A stretch of DNA of 64,000 nt from Oikopleura dioica (taxonomy: Eukaryota > Animalia > Chordata), in contig OU015569.1 of assembly GCA_907165135.1 (NCBI GenBank), forward strand, positions 2,790,001-2,854,000. Direction: 5' to 3'. The translations under genes and the position numbers were made by a program. How positions within the stretch are numbered: the first letter of the stretch is position 1; the number at the start of each line of letters is the position of its first letter. Below, piece after piece: positions 10,980 through 23,982 of the stretch. The notes beneath the pieces are model-generated. The model searched no databases, had not been told where the DNA came from, and saw only the letters and a program-made list of their open reading frames with translations.

Positions 10980-13900
10980 TCTTTGTACTTTTCAATGGGT
11001 TGAAAATTTTACTGAAAACTTATTGAGTTCGAATATTGTTTGGCTTTGTTTTGTGTATTTTAAATGAGCTTATGCAATTCTTGCGCGGCCGTTGCTTTGT
11101 ATTTTAAATACGCTCGTCGGCGGTTGGCATGCATTTTTTCCTTGTATTACGTTTTGATTATTAAAAAAAAAATTTCTTGTTAATTAATTTTCTTACTTTT
11201 TTCTTAAAATTTACTTGTCGAATCTTGATTTAAATAACTCTTTTCAAAAAACCATTCTAATGCGAAGAAATTTATCTTAAAAGTCCCGACTCTTATTAAT
11301 GAGGAAGACTCTCAACTAACTTCATTTCAACCCTTCCTTATACAGGCTGCAAAAATCAAAAAAAAGAAGCTATCAGTCTTCCTTGTGTTTTTCCAGGGAA
11401 AAATCGAGTGCGTCGATTCTCAGCTCTTCTTCAGTCAGTTTCTTCAGCAGTATCTCTGTTTCTTTCGATTTTCGATTTTATTTTCAGAACTCTCTTTCTT
11501 GTCTCTCTTCGATTACTTGTTTCTTCTTTATTTGATTTAGGAAAAAGAACAATAAACTGGAAGGAAATGCTAAATATCGCTGCTGTTCGCAATATTGCTT
11601 TTCAAGTTTAGAGTTTTTGGCGGAGGAGCTCTGGCGCTCGTGAGTTCGCGGACGGAATCGTGCGCCGGCGCTAGATCTCTCTTTTCTAGTGAAGACTCTA
11701 CCTTTCTCTATTCCAATCCGGAAGAAGACAATGTATTAGTTACTCTTTTTTGAGTGTCAAAATTCAATTGAAAACTAATTATTCCTTCCTCCCTTTTTTT
11801 ATTCACGCTATTATGACACCAAACAAGCTATAGATGGATGTAGACTGAGTATTCGCGCGAACAATTATATTTAAAACTCGATTATCTACTTTATACAACA
11901 ACATTTGCGTGCTGACAACACATTTTTAACCCGTTACCACTTAAGTATCCGCCAAAACGTATTATTGATAAAAGAACGGAATTGTTTCCGCAAATAAATT
12001 CCCTGTCGTTCCGAATTAACGAGGGTTCGAAAACGAAGTTATCACGATTGAAGATTTGTAAAGCGCGATGCGTGAGCAAGAAGTTCCCCCGATCTGTACG
12101 GAAATTGACAGCCATTTGACACCGCGTTTCACGAAAAAATTGAGACTCTATCGATGGTGAGACGCAGCCTCACCCAGATCGAGTTCGCGACGCATCAAAT
12201 ATTTTTTGCGCCCTTTCTGCTTACACTCAATATTTCCGAGGTCAGCTAGCGTCAGATGAATTTATATGCTTTCGAAATAGCCGGGGTGTCTTATAGACAT
12301 TAATACTGGGGAAAGGGATTAACGGGCGATGGGCCTTTTTCATTTTAATAGTTACTTTTCTGTTTGTGACCTGTTTAAGGTGATGTCAATGTTCTGGTCT
12401 GATTCCATGCGGTTCAAAGTCGACCTATCTGCTTCCGGTCCACGATCCACTTTGGTGAAACAGTGTGTTATTTTCAGTTTGGTTTTAACTTATGTAAATC
12501 TGCGTCAACACTTGCCAATTGCCAATTACGACAGATATAGACTAGAAAATCAGCAATGCAGTTCTTGGCCGAATCGCTACTCGAGTAGTATGATAGGTAG
12601 ACATCCGTAAAACATCCGCTTTGTCGAAAGAACAAGACCACTTTTACAAGAGAAATTATCAAGCTACAGCGCATTTGGAACAATTTGATCCATATTTTTG
12701 CCCTGTCTCCAGATCATTGAATAATACTGCCATTCTGATCTCTGACTGGCTTTATATTCAGAAAAGCAATTCGCATGGGACCTTTACAAAGCTGAAACCA
12801 TGCTATAAAACTCGAAATGCCGCTTGCGGCTTCGAGAATTCAAAATTATAATGAAAAAAATTTAGATTTCTCGAAACCGCAAGCGGGTATTATAGCAATG
12901 TTTTCAGTTTTGTTTAGGTCGCTTATGTTTGATTATCTGAATATTCAGTCAGTTAGGAATCAGAGTTGTGGCACTTTTTTTTTAAATAAACAGAGTCATT
13001 TGGCTCTTAAATCGGCAAAGAATGCCTTTCTAAGCGAATGAAGTCTCATTTTGTTGTAGTACAAGTTGTAGTGCGCGCTAGGGGGTTGAGCGAAATTACC
13101 AGGTCGAAAAGGCTGCCTCTAGAATTTGATGCATTTTTCGGAATTGTTTCTTAAATAGCGAGGAGCAGATGAAACGATTTGGAATTCGGCCACAAACATT
13201 TTCAGCCTCAATTGTGGATGGAAGGACATGGAGGTCAGAATCAACTTTGTAAACTTCTTTGAACGGCGATATTAGGCGAAATCGGCGCTCAGGGAGCAAA
13301 TTCGCACGAAGATCTAAACATTTCGTTTTCAGCAAAATTGTTTACTCTTTATCTCAACAAGAAAGCGAAGCCACAAAACGCATTCTAACCCGTTGGCGCG
13401 TGTCACATTAATGTCATAAAGCGCCCAAAATCGCCGCTTCATACTCTTAACCCTGCCTTTGGTGACCTCAACTTATGAAAATTCCATTGAGGCCCATTTT
13501 TCGTAGGAAATTAAGTCTTTTTCCTAAATACAAAGAGCATTAAGAGAAAGCACTTGAGCCTTCAATTTAGCACTTTGCTTTTCCGATAAAATAATGGTCT
13601 CGATTTCTCTATCACTTAGCTATTTTTGCCGCTGACAAATTAAGGGTCCCCTTAATTTTTAGCAGCTTTGAATACAGAAGTTCCAATAGAAAGAAAGAAA
13701 AATCTAAAATAGTCTATCGACGATTTGTAGCACAAAGAGCCCCTTTCAATTGACTTTACTGCGCCGAAATTCGATACTGTGTCGAGAGTTGTAAGAGCTA
13801 CAGTAGAAGAAAAAGTGGAGACTCTGCTGGTTGGCTGAAGCTTCCGTAAACGAATCTGGCGGCAAAGTAGGCGCCTCGCACGTTAGATTAGAAGCTAAGC

Positions 13901-15500
13901 TCGAGGGAGGCAGCTTTAGTGAACCTAAAATGAAAATCGAGAAGGGAGATGTGCTTAGAGCGCAGCTGAACAAAACCCCCGCCACGATACTGTAAATCGC
14001 ATACAACACGTCGCGACACGTTCCAAACCCTTTCGAATGTTTTATTCTTTTCCTGCGACGGTTTGGGCTTTCCGGCGAAAATGAGAGTTCATTCTTAATA
14101 ACAATTAATTGCGATTTCCTGTTTTTGTTTAAGGAGGACTATTTATTCGTGTTTTGAGAACGGCGGGATTGAGCTATTTTGAAAACGTGCTAATTCAAAA
14201 GCAAACTAGAAACAGATCATTCTTCCCTCAGCCGGATGTCCTTTATCTTTCTCTTAGACGGTACTAATCGTTATCAAGCACCAAGAGCAAGAAGCAGTGG
14301 AGCTGTTTAGATACTCTTTCTAATGGCTCAACCACTGGGCAATTTGTGAGAGAGCGAAACCACAAGTTCCGGTTCTGAAGGCGTCAAATGACCTTTCTTT
14401 TCCGACCTAAGCGGCGCTTAATTAAATTTTATTTTACTCACTCTCATTCTTCTACTTTCGCTTCTTTTGCTTTGCGAAATTTTTGAATAAAATAGAAAAA
14501 AAGAAAATCAAATTAGAAAATAGGCCGATTTGAAAGCAGTTGGTTGAGTGTGGAATACTTATTCCCGCGCGTGTTGTTTTTATGATCCAGAGAGTGGAGA
14601 GAACGGTAGGCAATTTTCGTCGCCAAATCCTAAAAACAGTACTTTGAAGATGAGTTGTCCGCGTGAATTAGCCCTTTTCGAGGCGTTACCCGAGTAAAGG
14701 CCAATTACGCATTAACCTCCCTCTCAACAACACTTCGCTCTTAAAACTTTTATTTTCTTTCTTGTACTCGTTTTACTTGATCAAACTAGCATCTAGCCAC
14801 TGTCTTCTAATCTTGCGTCTTTGTTTTACTAACTCTCGCCACTACCGTACAATCGTTCTTATATCGTCGATTTTCATGCGTTTGTTGACCTGTCATGTAC
14901 GACATTCCCCGGCTGTGTGCTTTAACTGTTTCCATAACTATCATTATTCACGTCAACCCGATTGATTGTATCTTACACATTCAAACTGGCGACCAGACGC
15001 CCATCGATTTTGGACTATTTTCGCAGAAAATGAGAAAAATAAGATTCTTCATAGGTTGCCGGGCCCAAACTTTTTTATGAATAAGGGCTGAAAAATGAAA
15101 GTTTATTGATGTTCGGAAGAACAACCAAAATTTAAGATTTTGGGCTTGTCTCCGAAAATTTGATTCGGAAAGAGTTTGAATGTCATTTTTAGAAATGAAA
15201 TTTCATGGGATCGAGCACTTAGCACATTCAGCGTGAAAACACTCTTCCTGCGCCGATTTCATTGCAGCGAACGTCTGAGAGAGCGAGTCGAACGTTCGAC
15301 ACGTGACTTTTCTTTTCCTTATTTCAGTACAGTAATGTAACTCAGGCAAAACTGTGTAAACATAGCTAAACATTTAACACGTTAGATGGCCGGCCAAGAT
15401 TTGGCGCTTTTGACGAGGACGCCCTTAAAATTTTTGAGTTTGGGAGCAAGAGTTTTCAAGTTGAATCACTGTATTCGGCTTTTCATCTTTTAGTATCCTG

Positions 15501-15662
15501 ACTTTGGGTCGCCATTTTGTGTAGAAAACCTGAATGAGGTTCTGAACAGCCTATGTGAAAAGCCCCGTAGCGGCTTTTTCTAAATTAAAGCCGCTACGCG
15601 GCATTTTCCTTAGGCTCTTCACAACCTGACTGAGGTTCTCTACACAGGTTGCGGAGCCCATC
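15501..15662. mobile_element. MITE family M1 copy
   Basis: gtgtagaaaacctgaatgaggttctgaacagcct...aaaagccccgtagcggcttt / aaagccgctacgcggcatttt...aacctgactgaggttctctacacaggttgcggagccca, a near-complete foldback. Confidence 0.75.
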
Positions 15663-16580
15663 GATAGAGTAGCGATAAACGTTGGAGTTCGTGAGTTGAA
15701 TATCACCTCTCCTGACAGGGCTCAACATGGATATCTGGCTAATTGGATACTTCCTTTGCAATTTAGCTTTTCTCGGCGAATGTGAATTTGGATGCAAGCT
15801 CTTTTTCTGTTTTGTTAAAAAATAATTGCGTGTTATTTTTATCATGGTAAGCTTTTGGGAGGTGACAAGCGGCGGCCGAGTAGAAGTAACCAAAAGTCGC
15901 CACGACCAGCTGTGGCGAACCAGAGGTATGATCCTTAGCGCATTCGAGCGTTGAATTAGTGGACAATTATCCTCTTAAAAAGTTCTTTCTAAATCGCCGA
16001 ATTTACCTTAGTTAAGTGAACCGCGCTCAAAAGAGAAGGGACAGACTCAAGACCCAAAAAGAGGAAGGAAGGCCTCTTGGAATGAGGTTATGTTTAAAGT
16101 AAGAGGAATTTCTGGCAGCGGTTGAGCTCAGAAAAGAGAAAGACCACCGATTATGAAGCGCGTGTTTTGGTTCGCTGGCTATCAGAAACCGCCTTACCAC
16201 GTTTTTGAGAAGATATTGGCATTGTTTAGATAACGTCCGGTCCATTTACTTACCTTTAGTGCAATTTCGCTGCTGGAGCTCCTTAGGGCTGCCTGTTCAG
16301 CGAACTTTGAAAGAAGCTTTACGAGAAAAGAAGTACTGCAAGTTGGCGAGTTGCTCGATCTCACTCAGAAGGCGAGACAAGTGCAAACGGAAAAAAGGAG
16401 GTTGGGACATGATTGAATTAGACCTGTCACTCACTCACAGTGAGTGGCCAGCTTATGCGCCGAGTGTTCGGATGAAAATAAAACAAAATTTTAAACAAGT
16501 GCTTCTCACAGAAAGGAAGAGCGACAGACTCAACCAGATTGTTTCACGTGCACTTTTTGCCTTTTCAAGCGATTTTTGAA

Positions 16581-16774
16581 CAAAGCTTGGCAACCTGTGT
16601 AGAACTCCTGAGTCAGGGATCTGAAAGATTGTTTATGAAAAGTCTCGTAAATGTATTTCGAGAACGCTAGAATAAAAAATTAAATTCTAAAAAATTTGAA
16701 TAATGATTTGGCTTTTCATCTTCAGATCTTCCAGAACCCTGACTCAGGGCTTCTCCGCAGGTTGCCAAGTTTGG
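16581..16774. mobile_element. MITE family M1 copy
   Basis: cttggcaacctgtgtagaactcctgagtcagggatctgaaagat ... agatcttccagaaccctgactcagggcttctccgcaggttgccaag. Confidence 0.75.
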
Positions 16775-17546
16775 ACTAAAGCTCTTGAGATTCTAATAAA
16801 TCAGAATTTTCTTTTCCAAACGTCGTTGTTTTGTTTATCTATCTCTACGATTCGCAGGTGGATTCTACTTTGCTTCTTCACGTTTCAACAACTGTGATTT
16901 GCTGGTGCCAATTTAGAAAAGGAAGATTTGAAAATTTGGCTCCTCGAAAGGCTGAGACTGGTTCCTCAAGATTTCAGAATCAAAGCGAACTGCACCTGCT
17001 CAGCGACAACCCTTATCAATGTATTACATAATTATAAGACAAATTATCAATCTCGGCTTTTAGATTAACTTTTCTTTTTTTTCCGGAAAAGATGTATTTT
17101 GATTAAAAAGGGCTAATCAGTTATTGATCGGCCGTCTCGCCGAGAAATCAATCCTCAAGTCTTCAATTTGACTTTTAAATAAGTCATTGAATTCGACTAT
17201 CAAAAACTAAATTAATTTAGCAGAGTGGTTCTCCAGAGAGTTGAAAACTAAGTTTAGTGTTTTGAAGAGTTCCCATCGCGATATGGCAATATGATCATGT
17301 TCGTGAAATCTATTTGATTTCAAAGCCCTCCCTGGCTGTAAATAGCGAGGTTTGCGGCGCTAAAATGAAGTTTTCAAAGAAGAGGTGCAATTTTAACAGA
17401 TTTCGGGCTGGGCTCGGCAATCTGCGTAGAAAACCTGAGTCAGGTTCTGAAAGATCTCTAATGAAAAGCCGCTTCGCGGCTTCGGAAAGTTACCTATTTA
17501 ATTTATTTAAAAACGATCATTAGAGATCTTTCAAAACCTGACTTAA

Positions 17547-17921
17547 AGGGGGGTCGTCAATATGGATTTTCAGGGGTTATCAAAATCACACTTATACAAA
17601 AAGTGTGCATAAGAATAATATATTTTTGGAATCGTCAGATCCTGGCGAGTCTATTGAGCCTAAAATCATATGATAAAAATAAGTTTTAGTGGGTTATATT
17701 GAGAAAATTGTTAAAAAATGATCGTTTTTGGTCGATTTTCGCGAAAATGGCCCTACTTTGACGGGATTTTTGACCCATTTTTTCTGGCCAAATTTTTTTC
17801 TAGTTTTCGCCGATGAATTCTTTAAACCCTTTTCTATTCACCCGTTAATTCGAATTTCTCCCAACCAAGCAGGTGTTCCCGCTTTTTGTTCAAGAGAAAC
17901 CCCGATATTGACGACCTCCCC
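17547..17921. mobile_element. Non-autonomous TIR element A, TTAA-flanked, RR termini (Kolobok-like)
   Basis: TTAA|AGGGGGGTCGTCAATA ... TATTGACGACCTCCCC|TTAA: 16-bp TIR with 2 mismatches, no coding capacity. Confidence 0.75.
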
Positions 17922-17925
17922 TTAA

Positions 17926-18449
17926 CCTTAGCCCGCCAAGGTACACCACAACTCGTGAAATGTTCATGTTTTTGCTCACTGCGCTTATCATTGAAAATTT
18001 TTTCGAAAACTAAGGATATGCTGAGACGGCTTGATCGATTATCTATCGATGTAGGGATTTTGGAGCAGTTTCTGATAGACCTTAGCGTCGGGAGACCCTT
18101 ATTTTTGCAAAAGTCCATGCACCATATATGGTGTCGAGCTACAATTGTTGGTGCACCATATATGGTGTATTTGGCGGGTACCCCAGCTTTTTCCCAGCGA
18201 TTTTGCCGAAAGTTTACCCTGGGCAGCTTCTCTGATCCTCAATTTATTAATTCCAGTGAGTGGGTTTTTGAATAAATTAACTCTAGAACCATCATGAGAA
18301 CACCTAAATACATCAAAAAATTATTTTCTAGCAAAGACTTTTAATAAAACCATGAAAAACCAAGTATGGTGTCGAGCTACAATGGAGGATGCACCATATA
18401 TGGTGTTCTTGGCGGGTACCCCAGAAAATCCACTTTTGGCGGGCTAAGG
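17926..18449. mobile_element. Non-autonomous TIR element B, TTAA-flanked, CC termini (piggyBac-like)
   Basis: TTAA|CCTTAGCCCGCCAA ... TTGGCGGGCTAAGG|TTAA: perfect 14-bp TIR. An internal repeat (tggtgtcgagctacaat...gcaccatatatggtgt...ttggcgggtaccccag) occurs near 18129 and 18367. Confidence 0.8.
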
Positions 18450-18453
18450 TTAA

Positions 18454-19104
18454 GGGTAGAGTAGGATCCTTGCGCGCGCCCCTTTGACGCAATTTTTCAT
18501 CCTCAGAGAATCTGATGGGATGATTATGCACCAAAATTTCTTTTTGAAAGTTATATTCAAATTTTACAGGCTTTCTTCTCGTATAATTCATTTTTTTCTC
18601 ACTTATCTGGTTGAGCTGCAATTTACCCTCGATATTTTTCTTTCTTTTGCTATCTCCTCCTAGATTATGATAAGCAGGTCATTGTGACTGGTACTGTTGG
18701 AAAGGATTTTCATAGGGCTTTAATAAATTGCTAAAAGATTTTCAAATTTCCGCCTCAGTCACTAATTAGGTCCATAAATGACCTATTTATAGGGCGCGCG
18801 GCGCACTCCGGGATTAAAAATCGATCATGATTCGCGAGCGAGGCAGAAATTTGAAAATCTTTGAGCCATTTATTAAAGCCCTATGAAAATCCTTTCTAAC
18901 AGAACCAGTCACAATGACCTGCTTATCATAATCTAGGAGGAGATAGCAAAAGAAGGAAAAATATCGAGGGTAAATTGCAGCTTAACCAGATAAGCGAGAA
19001 AAAATGAATTATAGGAGAAGAAAGCCTGTAAAATTTGAATATAACTTTCAAAAAGAAATTTTGGTGCATAATCAAGGGGCGCGCGCAAGGATCCTACTCT
19101 ACCC
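18454..19104. mobile_element. Foldback TIR element C, TTAA-flanked, GG termini (Kolobok-like)
   Basis: TTAA|GGGTAGAGTAGGATCCTTGCGCGCGCCCC ... GGGGCGCGCGCAAGGATCCTACTCTACCC|TTAA, with roughly 270-300-bp near-perfect inverted arms. Confidence 0.85.
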
Positions 19105-19582
19105 TTAAGTTTTCTACACTGGTTGCTGAGCACAAATTATGGGCCTCAAAGCTTTTTTCCTCAAAAATCCGTTAAAAAGGACCCTTTTATATGCTGAAGA
19201 ACAAATTCGTTTGGATCCTACATCCTAGAGCAATTAGCTCGTTAAAATGGGCACCCCAATTTTAACGTGCAGAGGGAAAAAATTCAAAATATATTTCTTT
19301 CGTGGTGCTCTCTAAATACGCTAGGTGGTAACATTTTTGGAGAGAAAGGCTAAACCGAGATTGACGTGATGTGCACCGAACGACGCACGAGCAAAGGGCA
19401 CAAATTTATCCAGGCTTTAACTTTTTCTAATTTTCGTTTTATTATATAATGCGACTTTGAGTCTTTTTCGTTGCGGAATTTACATTACGAATTAGACGGA
19501 CGACGATTCTAGCGAGAAAAATGGAGAAATGCATTACAGAATATTTATAAATATATTAATTACAAAATGTCTATTCGACAAG

Positions 19583-19654
19583 TCCCGCATGGTCTAGGGG
19601 TTAGGATTCCGGATTCTCACTCCGGCGGCCCGGGTTCGATTCCCGGTGCGGGAG
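19583..19654 (+). tRNA. tRNA-Glu(CTC)
   Basis: TCCCGCA/TGCGGGA acceptor stem, anticodon arm CCGGA-TT-CTC-AC-TCCGG, GGTTCGATTCC T-loop, downstream TTTTT Pol III terminator. 72 nt. Confidence 0.97.
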
Positions 19655-21331
19655 GACTTTTTCGCCCTTTTCGAAGGAATTCTCTGTAATTGCATGCACC
19701 AAGGTTCCAACTGTAGCAATAAATATATATTGCTGCTACATGCTATATGTGCTACATATAATTGTACCGGTTTGCTACCATTTTCGATTATATTTATTGC
19801 AGGGTTCGAAATCCACTGAAAACCCCTCTAGAGTGAACAGCGATTTGAAAGTCTCAAAAGAATGCGGGGGCCGGACTATGTCGTCACTGTCGTCCAGAGT
19901 GTCTAATTTGGACGGACAAGATTTTAACAGCCGCTACGATAGCCAACTCGAACAAGGAAACTGTCGAGCTCATACTTACAGTATCAGTGCTACATTAACT
20001 AAAAAGAAGGTGGATTTGGCGGGAAATGAAAAAATATCTCTGAATATTTATTTTTAAAAATGGCAGTAATGATGCACGTGAGAATTTATTTATTTTCAGA
20101 ATAAAAAACAATCAATTTCATTTCAACGAAATTGATTGCTTGTTCTTTTAAATTATTGATTCATTTCATAATTTGATGAAACTTCCGCTTATTTTCCGGG
20201 TTAAATCCTAGCTACCATCTGCGTTACAGCTTCTTGACTATCCAGCTGGGCCGACATTATCATAATTACTCGCTTTTGATCTAATTTATGTCTTGAATCA
20301 AGACTCTTGATGATCACCTTTTGATGCTAGAGTAAAAGAGAAGTAGAGTCAAATAAACTTGTCTATTTGACTGTGAGAAAAAGACAAGTTTTTTATGTAC
20401 AGTTACTGCAGTGAAATTGATTTTATTCAGGGATATGGTTGAAGCAATACCAGTCTTGGATCGGAATCGAGTTGTAATTCTCTTCCCATTTTTTGGAATG
20501 GGGAAAGGATGAATATTCCTCTGAATCTAAACTAGAAAATTATGTTTTCAGTCATTTTATCCCCGTAAAGTCGACTTACCATGGATTTTCGCGCTTCGGA
20601 CTTGGTAACTTCGCGAAGAAGTGACCAGGAATTACAAACAAGCATCAAGCCGGGGCGTGTTCTAGAGATGAGGGTGCTATTTAAAATGCCGTATCTTTAG
20701 GAATAAATAATGGTCGTTAAAGACCTACCTGAGTCAGACGCTGGTGAAGAGTTCAAATGAAAGAACGAATTATTTGTGCTCTAAAAATAATTAGCTGTTC
20801 CGAAAGAAAGACTCTCTAAATTTGAGCATGGTAAGTTTAAGAATGCCGAGGATCGTCTTTCCTTTCGTGATACCGAAGCCGTCTGGGGAGGCTTTAATTA
20901 TAGTGTAGCAAAACGTAAGTCCCGCCACTTTCTCTGGGAAACTGAGCACATTAGTGTTGGTATGATTTGGGCGTCACATGACCCGCAAACCTGATTTCCT
21001 CTGATCAGAAAAACGAGCAGAGGCGAGCGTTGTTTTCGGTATCAGATTTTCGGGTGAAAAGGAACTTGTCACTAAGAGCATGCAAAAGCGTACATATAAT
21101 TTGGTGCTTAACGTGTCTCGCGAAAATACATTTTCATCGGATTTTCTGAGGAGAATACGCATTCACGCCTGAAATAGAAAGTCGTTTTCTCCTTCCGCGA
21201 AGCAACTAGCTAATTGAGCACATCAAACCAGAAATCGCTGTTTAGGGACGCTTTGGTTTATTACTTCTGCGCAACTCTCTTCTTCTACTGTAACCTATTC
21301 TCAAGAACCCAAACGAACTCGTTTGTCCAAA

Positions 21332-21396
21332 AACGGCTTTTCAATCTAGCTCTTTCAGCACACTGCCTCAGGTTTTTGCACAGGCTGCGGAGACCA
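21332..21396. mobile_element. Degenerate right half of an M1 MITE
   Basis: cggcttttcaatctagctctttcagcacactgcctcaggtttttgcacaggctgcggagacc matches the reverse complement of the M1 left arm. Confidence 0.5.
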
Positions 21397-22093
21397 GAAA
21401 AGTTCCTGCTGAAGGATGACCTCGCTGCATTCTAGCTTTCGAATTGTTTTTAGAACGAAGCAGAAGGAGACATCAAAGAAAGAATGAAAATAGCTGCTGA
21501 TTGTAGAGACGGCGGCACGTTGAGTAAAGGATTAACCGCGCATCATAATCTTTTTTTTTGTAATTTAGAGCGTTAGCGCTCACTTTGTTGCGCGATTCGT
21601 ATTGCAGCTTTTTGCTTGTTTAGATTATCACTATCCGACTAGAATGCTAAACACTTGATTGCAGAACTTTGAAACTCGCAATTGACAATCAACGAGTTTA
21701 TCTCAATAGCTTTTTAATAACGGATGTTTCAAATTGGAAGCAATTATAATTAATAATCTATAATTATTAAATCCATTCGATTAGCCAATTAATATAAACA
21801 CTCGAAAAACTGCAGAACAAGAACTAAAGAATGAGGGCGAAGTGTGCCCCCCGTAAGTTCTCAGCTTGCAGCTTCAGCCGAACGAATTTTTGTGTCCCTC
21901 TGCATAGTGCAAGTTTTTTTTTCGCATAGCTGGCCCTGCATCACATTATAATCCACGTGTTCTGATAACTTGAGCGGTTACTTTTTATAACGCTTTTTTA
22001 ACATGCAATAATCGGTGAGAATAAAAGCATACATCTTATAATCCTACTTCTTGTGATCACGAAAATATCAAAAGATGAAGAAGAAAATAGATA

Positions 22094-22198
22094 TACTGCA
22101 GCTCGGCAACCTGTATAGAAAACTGAGCCAGGGTCCTGAAAGAGCTCCAATAAAAAAACCCTTTTCAGGACCCTGACTCAGGCTTTTGCACTAGCCTC
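22094..22198. mobile_element. Short MITE family M1 copy
   Basis: tactgcagctcggcaacctgtatagaaaactgagccagggtcctgaaagagctcc ... ttttcaggaccctgactcaggctttt. Confidence 0.7.
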
Positions 22199-23982
22199 GA
22201 TGACTCCTTCCTAAGCAAAAATACGGACGAGTTCGTTTCTAAAAGATTGATCTGTTTTCGGAGGTATATGGAGCTGCTCCTCCGCCGAATTCGAGGTGTG
22301 TTGAGGATGCTTATTAGTGAAATTGAAAAAGAGCTGCTCGGTAGTTACATAAATCGTGCAGGTGGAGCGAGAGGAGGCGCCCGAAAAGCATTTCACAATT
22401 GTGAGCCAATGTGAGCTCAACCGCTCGCCGCCGATATGAAATTTTCGGATTAGGCCGTCTCCCTGCTTCTCCTTCCCTTGCACCGTTTTCTTTCCCCTAG
22501 ACAGTGTTGATTTACCCGTTCACAAAACAACTTCTGCGCGCTCGAACATACGAGCTTTTACAATGAAACACTCAGTTTCTTTCACTTAGAGAAAATACAA
22601 TAAAATCGTAGAAAATCGTGTTCGACAAGTATTTAGCTGAAAATAAACAGACATATTAACTTTTCGAATTCCTGCTGAAAGAGTGGGTACTTGGGGATCG
22701 CATCGAAAAGTGGACAAATGATGCTTTGAGGTATTACGAACATCTTTTAATAATTGGATATGTTCACGTAAACATAATAGAGAGGGGGAAAGGCAACCAC
22801 GTGTAGATTATTTTCGATCGGTTGTCAGACTCGATTTCCAGATCCGGGGCGGTTCCGACGGCAAAGGGCTACTTCCATGTTTAGACGTATTGTACCTGTC
22901 ACTGGTTACGCACAGAACTAGATTTTCTTTAGAAACTGCACTTACCGAAAAAGGATACACTTGATTAGATTCATATCTGCTCTGCTTTCAATTCCGTAGC
23001 GTCGCTTTCAATATCGTTCTATGCTGACTCTACAAAGACTAAAACAAGTCTGCGAGAAACAAGAAAACCTCGTGGTTATTGAGGAGCAACGGGTGCCAGA
23101 AAAAAATGTCGCGGGAGGAAATTTAAGACTCAACTCTCGTGTTCTTTATCTCGCCCGGATATGCCACTGAATATGTTGCTAGTCTACTACTTTGTTCTAA
23201 AATATTCCAAATACGGGTGAACTTCGGCCAAAGACCGCACAGACAAGTGAAATTAGTGGTAATGGACATTGTTATCAATTGTGAATAACTCTCTAGCTAA
23301 GTTAATAACGGCGAGTTCTTATCAACATATTAGCATAAACCTCACTTTTCTTGTCCGTTGAACTCGCGTTAGGGAAAACGTAAATTCAAAAATGCAAATT
23401 ATAACAAAAAGCAACCTCTAACAATGTCCCTTTGATAGCGAAGGCTTGGTGCTAGAATGTCAAATACAATTACTTTATTTGGTGCTTCCAATAACAAGAA
23501 GATGAGGTTAAAAGTTCAATTAATCGCACTTGAATAAGGGATAGAGCGTCAAAGATTATTTAGATAATATTACTATTAGTATTTGTAACATCCTCTTGCG
23601 TGGTAAGATTCTCTTTTTGCAACAAACTTTTAAACTTACCCAACTTCTAGTTTAGTCAACTAGAAACTAGCTGGTTTTTGCCTGCCAAAAAACCTGCCGG
23701 AAAGGACGAGACAGCAAGAAAGTATTCTTACAATAATGATTTTTCCTCCTTGATATCATTGAAAATATACCAAATACAATAATTTCTACAATAGGTCGCC
23801 TGCTTCATATATGAATTATCCTGCTATCAATCTTAATTGACTTTCAAGTGCAAGGAAAAGAGTCGTCACATTAAACTGGCTTTCCTAAAAACAGAAGAAG
23901 GCAAGTATCTGATGAGAAATTAGTCGAAAAATTTATTCTTATACTGTTCTTCGTACACATAATCTCAGTAGGTAAGGCTTTT

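Larger units (their letters stand above)
17406..19135. mobile_element. MITE family M1 copy split by a 1.56-kb stack of TTAA elements
   Basis: The left part gggctcggcaatctgcgtagaaaacctgagtcagg...aaaacctgacTTAA (17543-17546) resumes after TTAA (19105-19108) as gttttctacactggttgctgagcac, the M1 right terminus. Confidence 0.8.

Noticed and set aside
11380-11460. LLKKLTEEEL segment as a tropomodulin N-terminus
   Set aside because: The resemblance covers only about 10 residues, and the following conserved tropomodulin motif and LRR exons were not found.
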